Assembly: GCA_964187785.1 (NCBI GenBank)
Contig: OZ076409.1
Span: forward strand, 82,462,001 to 82,526,000
Direction of reading: 5' to 3'
From: Amphiscolops sp. MND2022
Lineage: Eukaryota
Length of the DNA stretch: 64,000 bases
Made by a program: the position numbers and the translations under genes. This document shows positions 27,858 through 40,886 of this stretch, one piece after another (within the stretch, counting starts at the first letter, position 1; each line of letters opens with the position of its first letter). The notes under the pieces were generated by a model. That model saw nothing but the letters and a program-made list of their open reading frames with translations. It was not told the DNA's origin and did not search any database.

Positions 27858-28604
27858 GTGGCTGTACTGACACCACTGACACTAACTGCATGCAAGGTGG
27901 ATCCGTAACAGCCCCAGGCTCCTCCCAATGTACAGCCACGCCATGCTTCTGTCGCCTCGGATACAATCCAGTGTACGATGCTTCTAACGCCAAAATCACC
28001 TGTGTCGCCACAGAGTGCAACCCATTGGTGGCACTGAGTGGACAGTGTAAGTGTCAATACACGGCAGGAGCTGTCAGTTACGACATGACCAGCTGCAAAT
28101 GCGCCAATGGTTATGCAGCAGCTCAACCCAATGATGGCACATGTACCAACGAATGCGGAACCGGGCAGGCTAATTGTAAACTTTCTGCCTCAAGCACCAC
28201 CGAATGCACTGGAAATGGATGTGTCTGCAGACCTGGATACACCTCTGTTTACAACACAGTTTCACAAGTATACCAGTGCGAGCCTTACGAGTGTGACGAA
28301 ACTGTTCAAGGATGTGTTTGCTCGAACCCTGGTGACGTCACGTCCTGTACATGCAGCGGATCCACTACAGTGGGTGGGGCCACTATTACCTATGTTGGAA
28401 ACAAGTACGTGTTCCCAGGCTATTGCAGGCCCTTGGAGTGTGACCCCAACAGTGACTCCAATTGTGCATGCGTGGACTCCTCACAACTCGATACCTGCTA
28501 CTGCAAACCAGGATATGCGATTGATTATAAGTACGAAACCGAAATCAAAGCTGACGTCACAGCTAGCCTCGATGTAACGAACTACTTCTCCACTGCATGT
28601 AAAC
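27858..28604 (+). CDS. Exon 12, about five EGF-like modules
   Basis: ttttcag| GCTDTTDTNCMQGG...CFCRLGY...CKCANGY...CVCRPGY...CYCKPGY...TACK |gttagt; 747 nt, phase 1-1. Confidence 0.93.
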
Positions 28605-28792
28605 GTTAGTGCAAACAGCTTTTTACACGATGAGCTCGCGAGAAAAAAAACATATCAAGTTGAGTTTCATCGAATAACAAACCCAAATCTAGAGATTTCG
28701 TTGATGTATATATCCGCTGACATGTCCTGAACACATCTTTCAGATTGGTCCAAAAAGTTTTGACGCGTGATGTAGCTTGAGACTCGTTTCAG

Positions 28793-29074
28793 CCATCAAT
28801 TACCGATCTTCATGCCCTCTTGCATCGAGTGTAGCGACTGTACCCAATGATGACACCGGATGTACCTGTACCTGGTCAGACAAAGTGGACAATCAATACT
28901 TGTGTTTCTGCGGGCTGGTCATCGATGAAGATTGTTTTGTCACCTCTTGCAGAAGTCAAGTTGACAACTTCGCGGTCGAGAGTGATGGACCTTGCAGCAT
29001 GGACACAGAAGTTGTCAATTCTGTCACATACAGCTACTCGATGTGTAGAGATGGAATGCTTTCAAATATGGCAG
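28793..29074 (+). CDS. Exon 13, divergent Cys-rich modules
   Basis: gtttcag| INYRSSCPL...GCTCTWS...LCFCGL...SMCRDGMLSNMA G|gtacga; phase 1-1. Confidence 0.87.
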
Positions 29075-29493
29075 GTACGAAATTTTTAATCAGTAGAAGC
29101 TAAGCGTGAAGATTCTCGCTAGTTTTAGGATTTGTCTTCTAAGGTTGGTAAGAGTTTAAATTCCACAAGTCTTTCCTTATGAAATATATCCTCAAATTTC
29201 GTTGCAACGTTTTTAACCTAAAGTAACTGTAATTAAAAAGGTCAATTTGTGATGGAAAAGCGCTTCTTTCCTTCGAAATAAATTAACTTTTCACTAAAAA
29301 CAACTTAGTCAAATAATCGTCTGATGTCAATCCGCAGTGTTTTCTGTAAGCAAAAGCACATCATAGAGCTACTTGATGCCGCCTTACATTTTTGTCGAAG
29401 CCGTTAATGTTTCGTTGTTTTGATTGAAAATGAAGCATACTTACACGCGATACACGTAGAAGTCAAGTTAAATTTTTAAAAATTTTTTCTTAG

Positions 29494-29616
29494 GAGCGTG
29501 TACTTCTGAGTGTGACTGGACCAAAAACTCGCCCAACACATGCAAGGAGACTGCAGAAACTTGCAACGCTGGATACGTTGGTCATCTGGACTTGTTTGGA
29601 AATAAAAACTGCTATG
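29494..29616 (+). CDS. Exon 14 (absent from ORF track)
   Basis: ttcttag| ACTSECDWTKNSPNTCKETAETCNAGYVGHLDLFGNKNCY |gtaagt; phase 1-1. Confidence 0.9.
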
Positions 29617-31628
29617 GTAAGTATACAAGTTTCTAAGTTTTCACCTGTGTGTTTTTTGCATTTTAATGCAAATTAACTTAATTCACAATGTAAACAACAA
29701 AATAGCGTCGTCTTTAGCGTCCTATTTGAGAAGCGGTCATTAACTTAGATAAGTAGTTGAGAAATTAATGTGTGAATGCAACGTGATCATCTCCGTGAAG
29801 AAGGGGGAAATATTTTCAAATTTAATTGCAGCAGTGGAAAATGCAGTGTAATTCTACAAAATTTACCACCGGATGCTCACTGAATTTTCTAGGTTTTATT
29901 AAAAATTATCCTGCATGCAGGCCTGCAGCATGTAAAAAGTTCAAGCAGTCTCAACTAGGGAGAAGAACTAACAACAAACATGCTTGTGGTGAAACGTTTT
30001 CTTTTCAAATTTTCTGGGGATTCGAAAAAGTGCAGAGACCTAAAAAAAACTGTGTCGAATTGTGGCAAATGACACTTTTTCTGCAGTTGTCTTTTTTGGG
30101 GTCATTCCGCGGCATTAAAAATAGAAACCTATGTTTTTTCTGATTAAAAATTTTTGTGAAAAAACTGCTTTTTGGTTTGCAAACAATGTGAAATCTGATT
30201 TTGTGAAAAATTGTTGGAAACCTGGTTTACACTGTCGAAACTGGAGAAACATTTTCGGGCAATTTTTAATCAAAAAAATTCACCTTTATTGTCTAATAAT
30301 GACAATGGATAGCTTATTTGTTTGTCGTTCATTTCGGTGGTTTTTTTTAAATTTTCAAAAAAATGAAATTAGCAATTGTTGTAACTTCAGAGTATGAAAA
30401 TTTAGTATCCTAACAAGCCTCTATTTTATCTCTGATCAATCTGTACTGAATAAGACAACTAGTGTAAAACGGTAAAATGTTAACAGGTACTTGACACTAA
30501 TTACATAAGATAAAAGTCTGATAATAGTTTGTCCTCTAAATGCTTCCTATTCTTCATTCCCCTCGCTATGATTGGGTAAGAATTAGCCAATGGGGGAGTA
30601 TTGTTTTCTTTGGAGGCGGTAGTCCGGCCCAAGCATTGTATTGCCGCGGTGTTCCGTGCTGCATCAATAGTTGTGGTCCGGTCGTCGTAGTGTCTTTCCC
30701 GACAATTCTTGTTCAATGGTCGGGTTTAGCTGAAATCGGGTGTTGTTTCCCGGTTGTTTAGTCTTTTGACTGTATTTCCTGTAGTCAGAAGATACTGGGT
30801 TGTTCAGTCTAACGATTGGATTTGTTTTGTCAAACGTTGCGATCTACGTAGGTTATGTTTTTTGTTTCTTGTTCTATGTCAGTGCTTGAGCTAAGATTGC
30901 TTAGTAGTTCTAATTCAGAATTTTTGTCCAGTTTACCTACTTCTTCTTCCTCCTCCTCTTTTGGGAGATTCGATTTTAGTTTTAAAAACCTTACTGTTGA
31001 TGTATTTGATGTGTATTTCCGTGTTAGCCTCTTCGGCATCCCCAATAGCGCGGTCGACATCTTCGCTTGTCATGTTCTCCGCCACTATCGTCAACGTTCC
31101 AATAGTTGCCTGCGACTGGCCGGCTTGCGGTGACCCCCAGATGAATTCGAAGTCTGGCAGTTTCGTATCAGCTTCGGACCTCCTCTTCCCATTGTACCGC
31201 TTTTTTGGAGTTGTCATAAGTGGGGGCTCCGGTTCCGAGTCTCCGGATTCGCTGTCCGAGTCTCCGGATTCGCTGTCCGAGTCGTGAATTGTGAATGTCC
31301 GGAGGGATTTTATATACCGGCCATCCGGTCCACGTATCTGCCATTGTAACGGTGTGGTTGGTGCCCGATGCCGCTATATGGACTTTATTGGAGTATGCAC
31401 TATCGAATTTTGGTTTTACTATTTTTTTTCGTTTACGAAAGAAGGTGTAATTACTAACTCTTTTACATCCTTTCTTCTGTTTCATCGGCAGCTGGTCAGA
31501 AACACCGCCAGCTCCGTTGAATCAGTCAACCTGTAGGGTGTCTGGTTTTGCTGAAGTACACGTTTTCTTTTTTTTTTCAACGCGTCAAGATTTAATAAAT
31601 TGCTGATCTCTGTATTTGGTTTGCGACC

Positions 31629-34560
31629 CTAGTGTAGCTTAATTGCGGATTTATTTAATCGTGTATGGGGTGTTTTCCGCATTACGTCTAATGCGGTGTC
31701 TAAAGCTTTACCGAACTTTTCGCCCGCCTTCATGTTGGTTAGTACTATTTCTTTTAGCGTTCTAAGGCACCGTTCAACTAGTCCTGTGGGCGTGTGTATA
31801 TACGGTGTGCCGTAAATCAACTTTATTTGGTGATATTTGCAGAATTCTCCAAATAACCGACCCCTAAATGCGGTCGCCTTATCTGTTGTAATCGTTCTTG
31901 GGACACCGTTTAAGTTTATATATTGTTCCAAAAACCTGACCGCTGTCTGGTTTTCCATTGTTTAACTAAAACTGGCTGCCGACCATTTACTAAACCGGTC
32001 CATAGAGAACAAAATGTAAAATCTATAGTTCTCCTCCGTTATTGGACCGACGAAATCCGCTTGGATTTCTTCGTTTGGTTTACTTAGCGTTGGTAACTGT
32101 TTATTTTCGTATTTAATATATAAGGTTTGATGTTCTCACCGGAAATTGTGCAAAGGACGCATCTCTTACATTTCTTCTATATGGCTTCGGTAATACGTGG
32201 CCCCAAGCAGTGTCTTGCCGTCATCAACATTTTGTTTATGTCTGGGTGTCCCTCATGTAACAGGCTGATGACAGTTGTCCTCATGTTCTTTGCGACTATT
32301 TTTCTGTCCTCGTAAAAAATCAGTCCGTATCTGGTTGATAGCTTCTTTTTGTATAAAGAGAGTATTCTTCGTGCATTTTGTCGTGCTGTTGTCTCTCTAG
32401 CCAAACGAGCATTTTGAGGAGACTTGGGTCGTTTGTTGTGTTCGTCATCAGCAATTGCAGGTCTGTGGCGAATTGCTTCTCCGTTTTTGACGGCATTTCC
32501 CAGATCCCAGTCGTTAGGTTCTTCTGCGTCCACTTTCGGCGCGTGGCCCATTTTTATGTATTGGACTCTCTTGACGCCCACTAATTTGGCCCAGTTGACT
32601 GCCGGGACCTCCAGTACTGACGGGTCTTGGTCCGTTTCCAATCCTATTTCGCCTACTTCCATGAGGGCCTGTTGTATTTGTCTTGAGGACGGTCCGGGGT
32701 CGTCCTTCCGTTATGGCTCTTGGCGTTGTGGGCGATCCATCTCCCAGAAGGGTCCAATGCTGATCTGTTTGTCGGTTATCTATGTTTCGGATGGCTATTT
32801 GAAGCTCTGTTCTTCTAAGATGCTCCTTTCATTTCGGAGGAATCTGGGCTCGTGGTGTTTTTGTTCCACCGACCACCGGATTGATTGCCTGTAAACACCG
32901 GGTTTGACTAAATCTCGCCAGCGGCCTATCACTTTTTTTGTTTCTGCGGAAGGATCAGCAAGTTTTATTTTATCGATGGTGCGTGCGTCCATGTTTAAAA
33001 TAACTTTTGTAAGTTGAGAATTCGTGCACCCTTTGGCAGTTGATTAAGGCAAGCAATGGCAGTTTGTTGACGCGTATTAGATCGTTTAGGCTCGTTACGT
33101 AATATCTCGCTTTTTGATTGGTCTAAATTTTTTACCTAAGGCAACCGTATTTCGTCCTGAATTTATAGTGCGGTACGATGCTATTGATTACGTATTGTTC
33201 GTTGCATGTGTCATCCACTTGCGGTGGTGCAGACGGATTTCCACTGAGATAATACGTGATCGCTAAGTGTTTATCGCCTATATGGCTTACGTTGATTGAA
33301 AAGTGGGCTATCCATCCAGCCATCTTGTTAGCCTTGTGCTATACGTTTTGGTTGACCGATTGCGCCTAATTAGTTGTTCAAGCGCTTGGTCATCCGTGAG
33401 CAATTTCAATGGTTTCTCATTAATATATTGACAGAAATGCTCCAGTTCCTAAATCACTGCTGATATTTCCAACTCATTGATGGCGTATTTCTCTTCCGTA
33501 TCAGAAAGGAAAGGACAGGCAAAGCCGATGGATTTCAATTTTCTGTCTGTTTCTTGTTGCCAGGGCGTGGCGCCGAGGCCTTTTGTGCTCGCGTCCGTGG
33601 TGATTTTATTTGGATAGTTCGGATTATAGTGTGCCAGACACGGTATCTCCGTGAGCCTTTGTTTGAAATTTTTGAACGCTCCCGTGTGTTCTTCGGTCCA
33701 TTTCGACTCCGTATGTTTTTTGAGTAATTGTCTCAAAATGTCCGTTTGGGCTGAAAGGTTTTCGATATATTTAGACAAAGACTGGACTGCTCCCAGGAAG
33801 GACTTTAGTTCTTTTACGTTTTTTGTTCTTTTACTTCTTTGATCGCAATTAATTTGTCTTGTAACGGTGGGAGTTCGTTCTGGTACTATTCTTGACCGAT
33901 CCATTCTATTTCCGTTTTGAATATTTATGATTTAGTTTCGCTCAAACGGTAGCCTGCGTTTTCTAATTTTGATAGTACGTCTATTAGCTCACCCATGTGT
34001 TTTTGTTTGAAGCCACGAAGGGCTTTTTTGATGTTTTTTGCTTTTTCAATGTGTCCCTGTTTTTTTCAGTTATTCATTTTCTTTTCTACCGCCGGTTGTA
34101 GGTGGATGGCGATAGGTCTATCTTTTTGTTGTATTTGTTTCGATCCCTCTTTTAGTTGGATATCTTCTACTACATTTTTTACTGTATGGATTTTGTGAAA
34201 AGTTTGTGGAACTTACTTTTCAGTGTTGCTATATCGGCGTCCACTCTGTTGTTGATGTAGTCCTGTTCATTCATGTGGTTGACTGTTTGGTGTGGTGTTT
34301 CCGTTTTCAGCGTTATCCTCAGTTTTTCCATCCAGTTGAGTCCAAGTAGCGGGTGTGTTTGTTTAGTAGTTATCAATAGTTCCAGTTGTTTTACTTTACC
34401 GTCGATTTTGATGTTTGCCATGATTTTACCTTCGATCTTTTTTGTTATCGTTTACGTCCCGGTAATCTTCCAATGCCGGTCTAATTGTGGTTATCTTGTT
34501 AAATCCAGCCTTCGGTATCAGTGTTACTTGTGAGCCTGTGTCGACGATAAATTTTAATAG
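31629..34560 (-). pseudogene. Gypsy pol remnant (protease, partial RT, RNase H, integrase)
   Basis: KFIVDTGSQVT protease (~34550); ELKSFLG...TDASTKGLGA...YAINELE RT-connection/RNase H; LHEGHP integrase Zn region; GVPRTITTDKATAF...GLVER integrase core; many stops and frameshifts. Confidence 0.9.
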
Positions 34561-34724
34561 TCGGGTATTAACCAATAGCGTTTTTGTATAGAACGGTATT
34601 CCGTTCTTTCTTTTCGTTCCTTTTGGATCTATCTTTTGTTGAATTGAGTAGATTTTGTCTGGTATCCATTCATCTTCGTCTGCACTGTATGCTTCCTAGT
34701 CTGCGATATGGTTCATTTTCTTGG

Positions 34725-35635
34725 CTGATCTGCAACATTTTGCGTAATGTCACAGTTTACCGCATTTTATGCAGTTCTTTCCTCTTGCTGGACATTTTTG
34801 CAGTTTGGACCAATTGTGAGCTCCACATGTATTGTAGTCCAGTTGTCTTGTTTTCGGGTTACGTTCGATTTGTTCTTTTTGCTCCTTTTTTATTTTCTTT
34901 TGTCCACGTATCGGATTTTCTTTTCGTCTTCTGTTTCGGGAGATTCGTTTAGTTTTTCGTACATATATTCATGTATTGCGTCTGTGATTGCTTCTACGGA
35001 CATATTGCTCTTTCGGATCTTTTTCTTTAGTTCATAGTCCCTCGTAGACTTTCGTATTAGTGAAAGGAAGTTTGAGGCTCGGCTGCTGTTATTGTCTGGA
35101 ATTCGCAATTTTTTTTTACTTCTAAGATCCTTTCCCATATGTCCGCGGCTGTTTCACTTGTTTATCTTATTAGGTCGAAATAATCGGCCCGGCTGTGTTG
35201 TACTTTTCTTTCGGCGGTAAAGTGCAAACGGAATAAATTGTACAGTTTGTATAACGGTAGGGCACTGGGTTTCCCTTCTCTCACCGTTTTTGTCATTTCT
35301 GTCAGTGCACTTTGTCCATTCGCCCATAGGAATGTGTCTTTCATCACGAGTTCCAGTTGGTCTCGGAATTGTGGCATTACCTCTTTTGAGTTGGTCATGA
35401 TTGACAAATCGATGTCCTTTGTCATTTTCATGTACTGCACAAACTTCCACCACCAGAGATTTGCGCTGTAACTATCGTGTTTCTTTAAGCTTGGAATGGA
35501 TAGTTTCTGGGTGCATGTCCAGTCGCCTGCTCTCATTGTAGTCTCGTTGGGTGTTGACCGGCTGCTTGTCGACTGATCGGTTGTCCGATTCTGTTGTCCT
35601 CCCGTTTGTGGGGAGGTGTTGTTGGAGTCATCCAT
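34725..35635 (-). pseudogene. Gypsy gag remnant with CCHC zinc knuckle
   Basis: ORF 35635-35162 (ANLWWWKFVQY...), frameshifts, then CPARGKNCIKCGKL*HYAKCCRS at about 34795-34725. Confidence 0.85.
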
Positions 35636-36368
35636 TCGTAGTTGTTAGCTACTTCTCATTTAGTTGTCAGATAAACTGACACTCACTGCGCCATGTTGTA
35701 ACTTCAGAATATGAAAAATTAGTATCGTAACAAGACTATATTTTATCTCTGATCAATCTGTACTGAATAAGAATAGTAGCGCGAAGTATGGTAAAATGTT
35801 AACAGGTACCTGAGACTAATTATATAAAGAGTTATTTTAGAGTCTCATTATTATTATAGAGTCTCATAATAGTTTGTCCTTTAAATTCTTCTTATTCTTC
35901 AGTAATAAATTGCAACTGAACGGCCACAAATTGGAACTTCTTATTAACCTAAAACATTAAATTATTTTTCTGAAGAGTACGGAATAGCTAGGTGTTTTGA
36001 CGTTGAGTTCTGTAGTTGTTCCAATCCTTATAAAGGTTCAAAATATGTTCAAAAATATTGAAGCACATGCCTAAAGTGGTCAAAATTTAGAAACAAATTT
36101 CAAGCGTTTTGGAGACATTTTGGGTCGTTTTCTGAAAGTTTAAAAAGCGCCTGACTCAGTAAATTTGGTAACTTTCCCTCACCACATGGACATATAGACG
36201 GAAAATAGCAATTCGTCAAATTTTTAAAATAAGCTACCTAATAGATTCATCCACAGCTATTTCAGATCATTGATCAAGTAATATTGAATGCATGGCCAAT
36301 AAGTGTTCAGAAAACTTATATTTGTCACAAATGATGTTCATTTCGGTTGATCAATTTCTTCTATGCAG

Positions 36369-36773
36369 CGGTGGAATGTGAAAAGGGAAGCACAAACTGT
36401 AATTGCGAGTCCGCAATCACCAAACTGCACAACTGGGACAACCGACTGTGTCGATGTGCACCCGGGTATGCGCCCAATGGAATCGGAGGCTGTACTGACG
36501 AATGTTCAGTAGGCACCAGCCACTGTAACAGAACTTGCAACACCGCAGGGACTTGTTGTGCATATGGATACACCCCCAGAACTACCTGGACGGCTGATGG
36601 CACTGTTACTACTGGGTACACTGCCACAGTCAACTGTGTGCCCGCTGCTTGCAACACCGCTGTGGACGCCACTGGATGTGTCTGTTCTACTAATGCCTAT
36701 GACGAGGGTCTGGATCTGAGTCAATGTGCATGCGCTTCTGGAACTGTTCACACTGGAAAAGGAAACTGCGAAA
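36369..36773 (+). CDS. Exon 15, three Cys-rich modules
   Basis: ctatgcag| VECEKGSTNCNC...CRCAPGY...CACASGTVHTGKGNCE A|gttgga; phase 1-1. Confidence 0.88.
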
Positions 36774-36928
36774 GTTGGAGTTTTGAAGTTTTCGAAATCC
36801 ATTGATACGTTTTCTGCAGAAATGCTCAAAATTTATTGCATTTATTGAACGCATCCAAAATGGTTCCAAATATGTTAACGAAACTGCAGTTTAGAAATAA
36901 TTGAAATTCACTTTTTTACTCTCTTCAG

Positions 36929-36933
36929 CACCG
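36929..36933 (+). CDS. Exon 16, 5-nt microexon (CACCG)
   Basis: cttttttactctcttcag|CACCG|gtgagt; converts the phase 1 of exon 15 to the phase 0 needed by exon 17. Confidence 0.75.
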
Positions 36934-37326
36934 GTGAGTTGTTCATAACTAGTTTCTTTAGAGCACTCATATTTGGTAACGGAAAACTTTTGTGCACTTG
37001 TTTCCAATAATATGAAAATTCATTGCTGAGCCTTTCATTCATTCGATGCCATTGAAGAATTCATTTGTTTCCTTGAATTTTTTTGCATATAAAATTGCAG
37101 CATATCATAATTTCTTTTCATTGTAGCGATAGAATTGAAAACCTCTCATCACTGTTAGATAACCCAAATTGTCAGATTTTGATTTCTTTAAATTTCAGAC
37201 ACCCTTATCAACCAATATGTTGCACTGTGGTCCACCAAAAACTTCGAAATATTAGTGAAAAATTTGAATTGAAATCCACCACTAGAAAAGAGTTAAAGTA
37301 ATTTTTCTGATTGGTATAAATTTCAG

Positions 37327-37509
37327 ACTGTCTCCACCTGCATAAGCTGCAGTGGTACTGGCACCACTTCTGACTGTTACGCAACTGAGATTCTGGACAC
37401 ACAGATCAACACTGGCACTGGCGTTGTCACCGCTGGCTCTGCAAACGTCTTCACCCTGGAAACATGCAATCTTGACACTAACTACAACCAGAACTACAAG
37501 TCATGCGAG
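37327..37509 (+). CDS. Exon 17, N-terminal half of Ly6/uPAR (LU) domain
   Basis: tttcag| TVSTCISCSGTGTTSDCYATE...LETCNLDTNYNQNYKSCE |gttaat; phase 0-0; starts with CxxC as LU domains do. Confidence 0.88.
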
Positions 37510-39149
37510 GTTAATAAAATGTGGCTGATAACTTTGAATTTCCTGCTTGTCTTCTAGTTTATTTGTGAGTTATCATCAAAAGTCGTTTTAAAACTTTTAC
37601 AACGTTACAATGTAGAAAAAGATGTGGGGTAGTTCAATTTTTCTTCGTAAACAAGACGCCAAATGAGCACCTCGATGTTTTGCGCGGGAGTATTTTAGCA
37701 GCAAACATATTTACAAGGCTTCAAGTAAACCCAAACTTTGACTAGTTTCACCGTTTTAATGAATAAATTTTCTAAATACTCAAAAACTGAATTCTGTTGA
37801 AAGATTGAATAATTTACACTTTATACACGATACAGAATTGAATCAATTTCAAGTTCAAATTTCTTGACTCATTTCCAATTTTCTCTAGTTACGCTCAATG
37901 ATCAAAATCCGCAAATTCTGATAACACTGTGCATCAAAATGCGCGATGAAGACACTGCACTATTCGACTAGAGTAGGGTTCGCTCTGGTTTTCCAAAAAA
38001 TCTTTACACTTGATGATAGTTCATTTTTGCGGTAGAGGGATGTTAATTTTGGACGTAACCATTCAATTTAAACTTACGAAGACCTTTCAAACGTGTTTCG
38101 ATATCGAAAATACCGAAAACAGAGAGTTTGTTTATTTTAGTGCAAAATGTGATGTATAATAATTAAACCTTGATTAGAAATCCATGAAACTATCAATGGA
38201 TCAAATACTACTATGCAGAATGATTTATGACCAACGGTATCCTTGAGCGTGAGTAGACTAGGATTTGTGTGAACGAAAACCCACTTTTTTGTCTAAAAGA
38301 GAGCCTATATGAAATGAAGCAAGTGAAGTAGGACTCAAGATGTTAATATGAAATTTTCTTTTCCAGTTCTTTTGTTTATTCAAAAGGTAGATCTGCAAAA
38401 CAGAAATCTACAAGAAGCTTTCATTGAGAGTAAAATATGAGTTTGATAGACATCGTAGGCTACTGCGCTCAACGTGAGCGCAACGCTAATGTCCAGATTC
38501 GCCTGCTGTCATTTAATTGCAAACTTGACAAACATTTTAGTATTTTTCAACCTTCATTTTTTCACTGAATTTGCATTCATTGACACTGCGCATCGGTACT
38601 ATATTTGTTAGAATAAACTTAGCTCATTGCTCAAAGGGGTCGGCACGCTGCAAAATCAAAAACATTCCCGCAAAAATGAAAGAAATTTCAGTAAAGAATA
38701 ATCTATGAAATGAAGCACTGTTTCAATCGCACAGTTCCAAAAAATATAGAACCCCTTGAAATAAAAAGCTTTTTTCTGAAAAATTTGAAAAACCAAAACG
38801 AAAACTCTTTTACGAAACCAAAGGTTTATAAAAAAAATCGCAGACCGCCAAAAATACCCGCAAAAAGCGTCCTAACTTCGAATAAGAAAGTCGAAAAAGA
38901 ATGTACTTTTTGAATTCTGTTAGCTCTCTTTCCATCTTATCTTAGGCTGAAAGTAGATGGTTTTGTGGACTTTTTGAAAAAAAAGAGAAAGATAAAAGGA
39001 ATGTTCATTGAACAGGGTGTAACAAAATCATCCAGACACCTGAAAGTCTGAACAAGCAGTCAGATTTAACTAAAACCATGCCCCACTGTGTAAAGGTTTA
39101 TAGGGATAAAAAATTATCCCTTTTTTGTGAAAAATCTTAATTCAATTTT

Positions 39150-40886
39150 GGTATCAGGACATTTCGTCATATGCAAATTCAAGCTATGCAATTTCAACCA
39201 CTGCCAATTCAACCGTTCACAATTTCAACTACTTGCAAATATTTCATCCGTTCACACTTTCACCCTTTTGCAATTTCAACCTACGGCAATTTCAATCTAT
39301 CACACTTCCACCTAATTACTCTCAACTGAATTGTAACCAGTCCACACAGCATGTCCAATAATTTTGAATCTCAAAGCTCAAAATGTAATTTCAAATCAAA
39401 AAACCAAATAGAGAGCGCAATATTGCAGTACATAACGGTTACTGTTACAATCAAACGTTAAGAGAACATCTAAAGTCGGCGCCATATCTAAGGCTCAAAA
39501 AGCAAAAAACATTTTTTGGAAAAAAAATTGAAATTTTTGAACCTTTTTTTCTTTCAAAAAAAGTCGCATAGTGCCAAAAAATGTAGAATGGGGGGGCCCG
39601 TCTGGATTTATTAACATACATTCCGTTGCAAAATATCAAAAAACTCGAAGGGGGACCCTTTGGGGACATTAGAAAATTTTTCAAAAAAGTCGCACAGTGC
39701 CGAAAAAAATCCAAAGTGGGGACACTTGAGGCACGTCCGGTTTTGTAGGTTACGTTAAAAAAAGTAAAAAATGAAAGGGGGACCTTGGACTATGTTTGCA
39801 AGTTTGACTGAACCGGACTTGGCCTTAGTTGGTTTCAGGATTTTTTCCAAAAAGTGGACCGATCAGTGTGAGGATCGTAATCTGAAGAAAAAAAGATCAC
39901 TTCTATAGTCGGGCATTTTTCCTTGAAAGGATAAAGCGCCGACTAAAAAGAAGTCACTTCAAGTTGCATTCATTGGGGATGCACGAAATATCATTCAATT
40001 AAATGCCCAGCCGTTCTGAAGACAAACCAGACCGTTGTCAAAAGTTTGAAAGCCTGTCACGGAAATCTACGACCATTATGCAGTCCAGCTTTCGTTGCAG
40101 AAAAAACGGCTTGCCACATTTGCGAGCAGTCACCAACTTTGAATGAAAACAATGAACTATTTTGCTGCATTGATTTGTTACTTTTTTATTATTCATTTTT
40201 GTGAGTGTGTATTTGAAATTCGCGTTTAGCTCAATTCAATTTTTACGATGGGAATAATGTTTCTTCAGTTACAATTAATTGGCACCCGGTTGCGACCTCC
40301 CCCGGGTACCGAAGGTTGGCTCACTACTCCCCGCAACTGCTCTTTGATCTAGCAACAATAGAACCATGACCGTGAAACCACAAGAGTATGACAGAGAAAT
40401 CAGACCAACCTTTTGAAGGAGTAGCACTTGTCTAAGTTGTTAATTGTAACTGAATTTTTAATGAGGATTTTTAATAGTGTTTAAACAAAAGCTTTTTTAT
40501 CACAAATGTTCAGTCACTTCACTTAACACTTTCAAATGGCTAGTAGTATGTTGTTGAATGCTTTTTCAATTTGTGTCTTACTATTACATCATTTTGTCTT
40601 TTTCGTACATTGCAAATTTCAGTGCAACGAAAGTTTTGAATGCGTTCAATGTTATGCGTCTGTTTGTGTGCTTTTACTTTGCCGCGCTTCAAATAATATG
40701 TTCAAATAATTTCAGGATGTTCGCAAAGAACGCAACGACCTTGAACTAATTAAAATAGAATGAAATTTCAAGCGATTGAAATTGCATCGGGTTAAAATTG
40801 TAAGCGGTTTAATGTGTAATAGGTTGAAATGACATTCGTTGAAATTGCATAGGTTGAATTTGCATAGGACGAAATGACATGTAACC
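39150..40886. mobile_element. Mutator-like non-autonomous element with a nested HINE
   Basis: TIRs GGTATCAGGACATTTCGTC / GACGAAATGACATGTAACC with repeated AATTTCAAC units; 9-bp TSD TTCAATTTT/TTCAACCTT. Confidence 0.75.
39460..39949 (-). mobile_element. HINE-like repeat copy nested in the Mutator-like element
   Basis: AGTCGGCGCCATATCTAAGGCTC...GCGCCGACTAAAAA. Confidence 0.65.

Larger units (their letters stand above)
30377..35901 (-). mobile_element. Decayed Ty3/Gypsy LTR retrotransposon in intron 14
   Basis: LTRs 30377-30556 and 35694-35901 (TG...CA); TSD GCAAT/GTAAT; PBS TGGCGCAGTGAG; PPT GAGGGGAA; domain order gag-PR-(RT)-RNaseH-IN. Confidence 0.95.

Noticed and set aside
28107..28577. 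Overlapping alternative-frame and antisense ORFs over the Cys-rich exons
   Set aside because: Expected shadows of GC-richer coding exons; no motifs or independent splice support
40269..40352. Possible phase-0 terminal exon (cag|LQLIGTRLRPPPG...CSLI*)
   Set aside because: Lies inside the Mutator-like element, and exon 42794 completes the LU cysteine pattern whereas this does not
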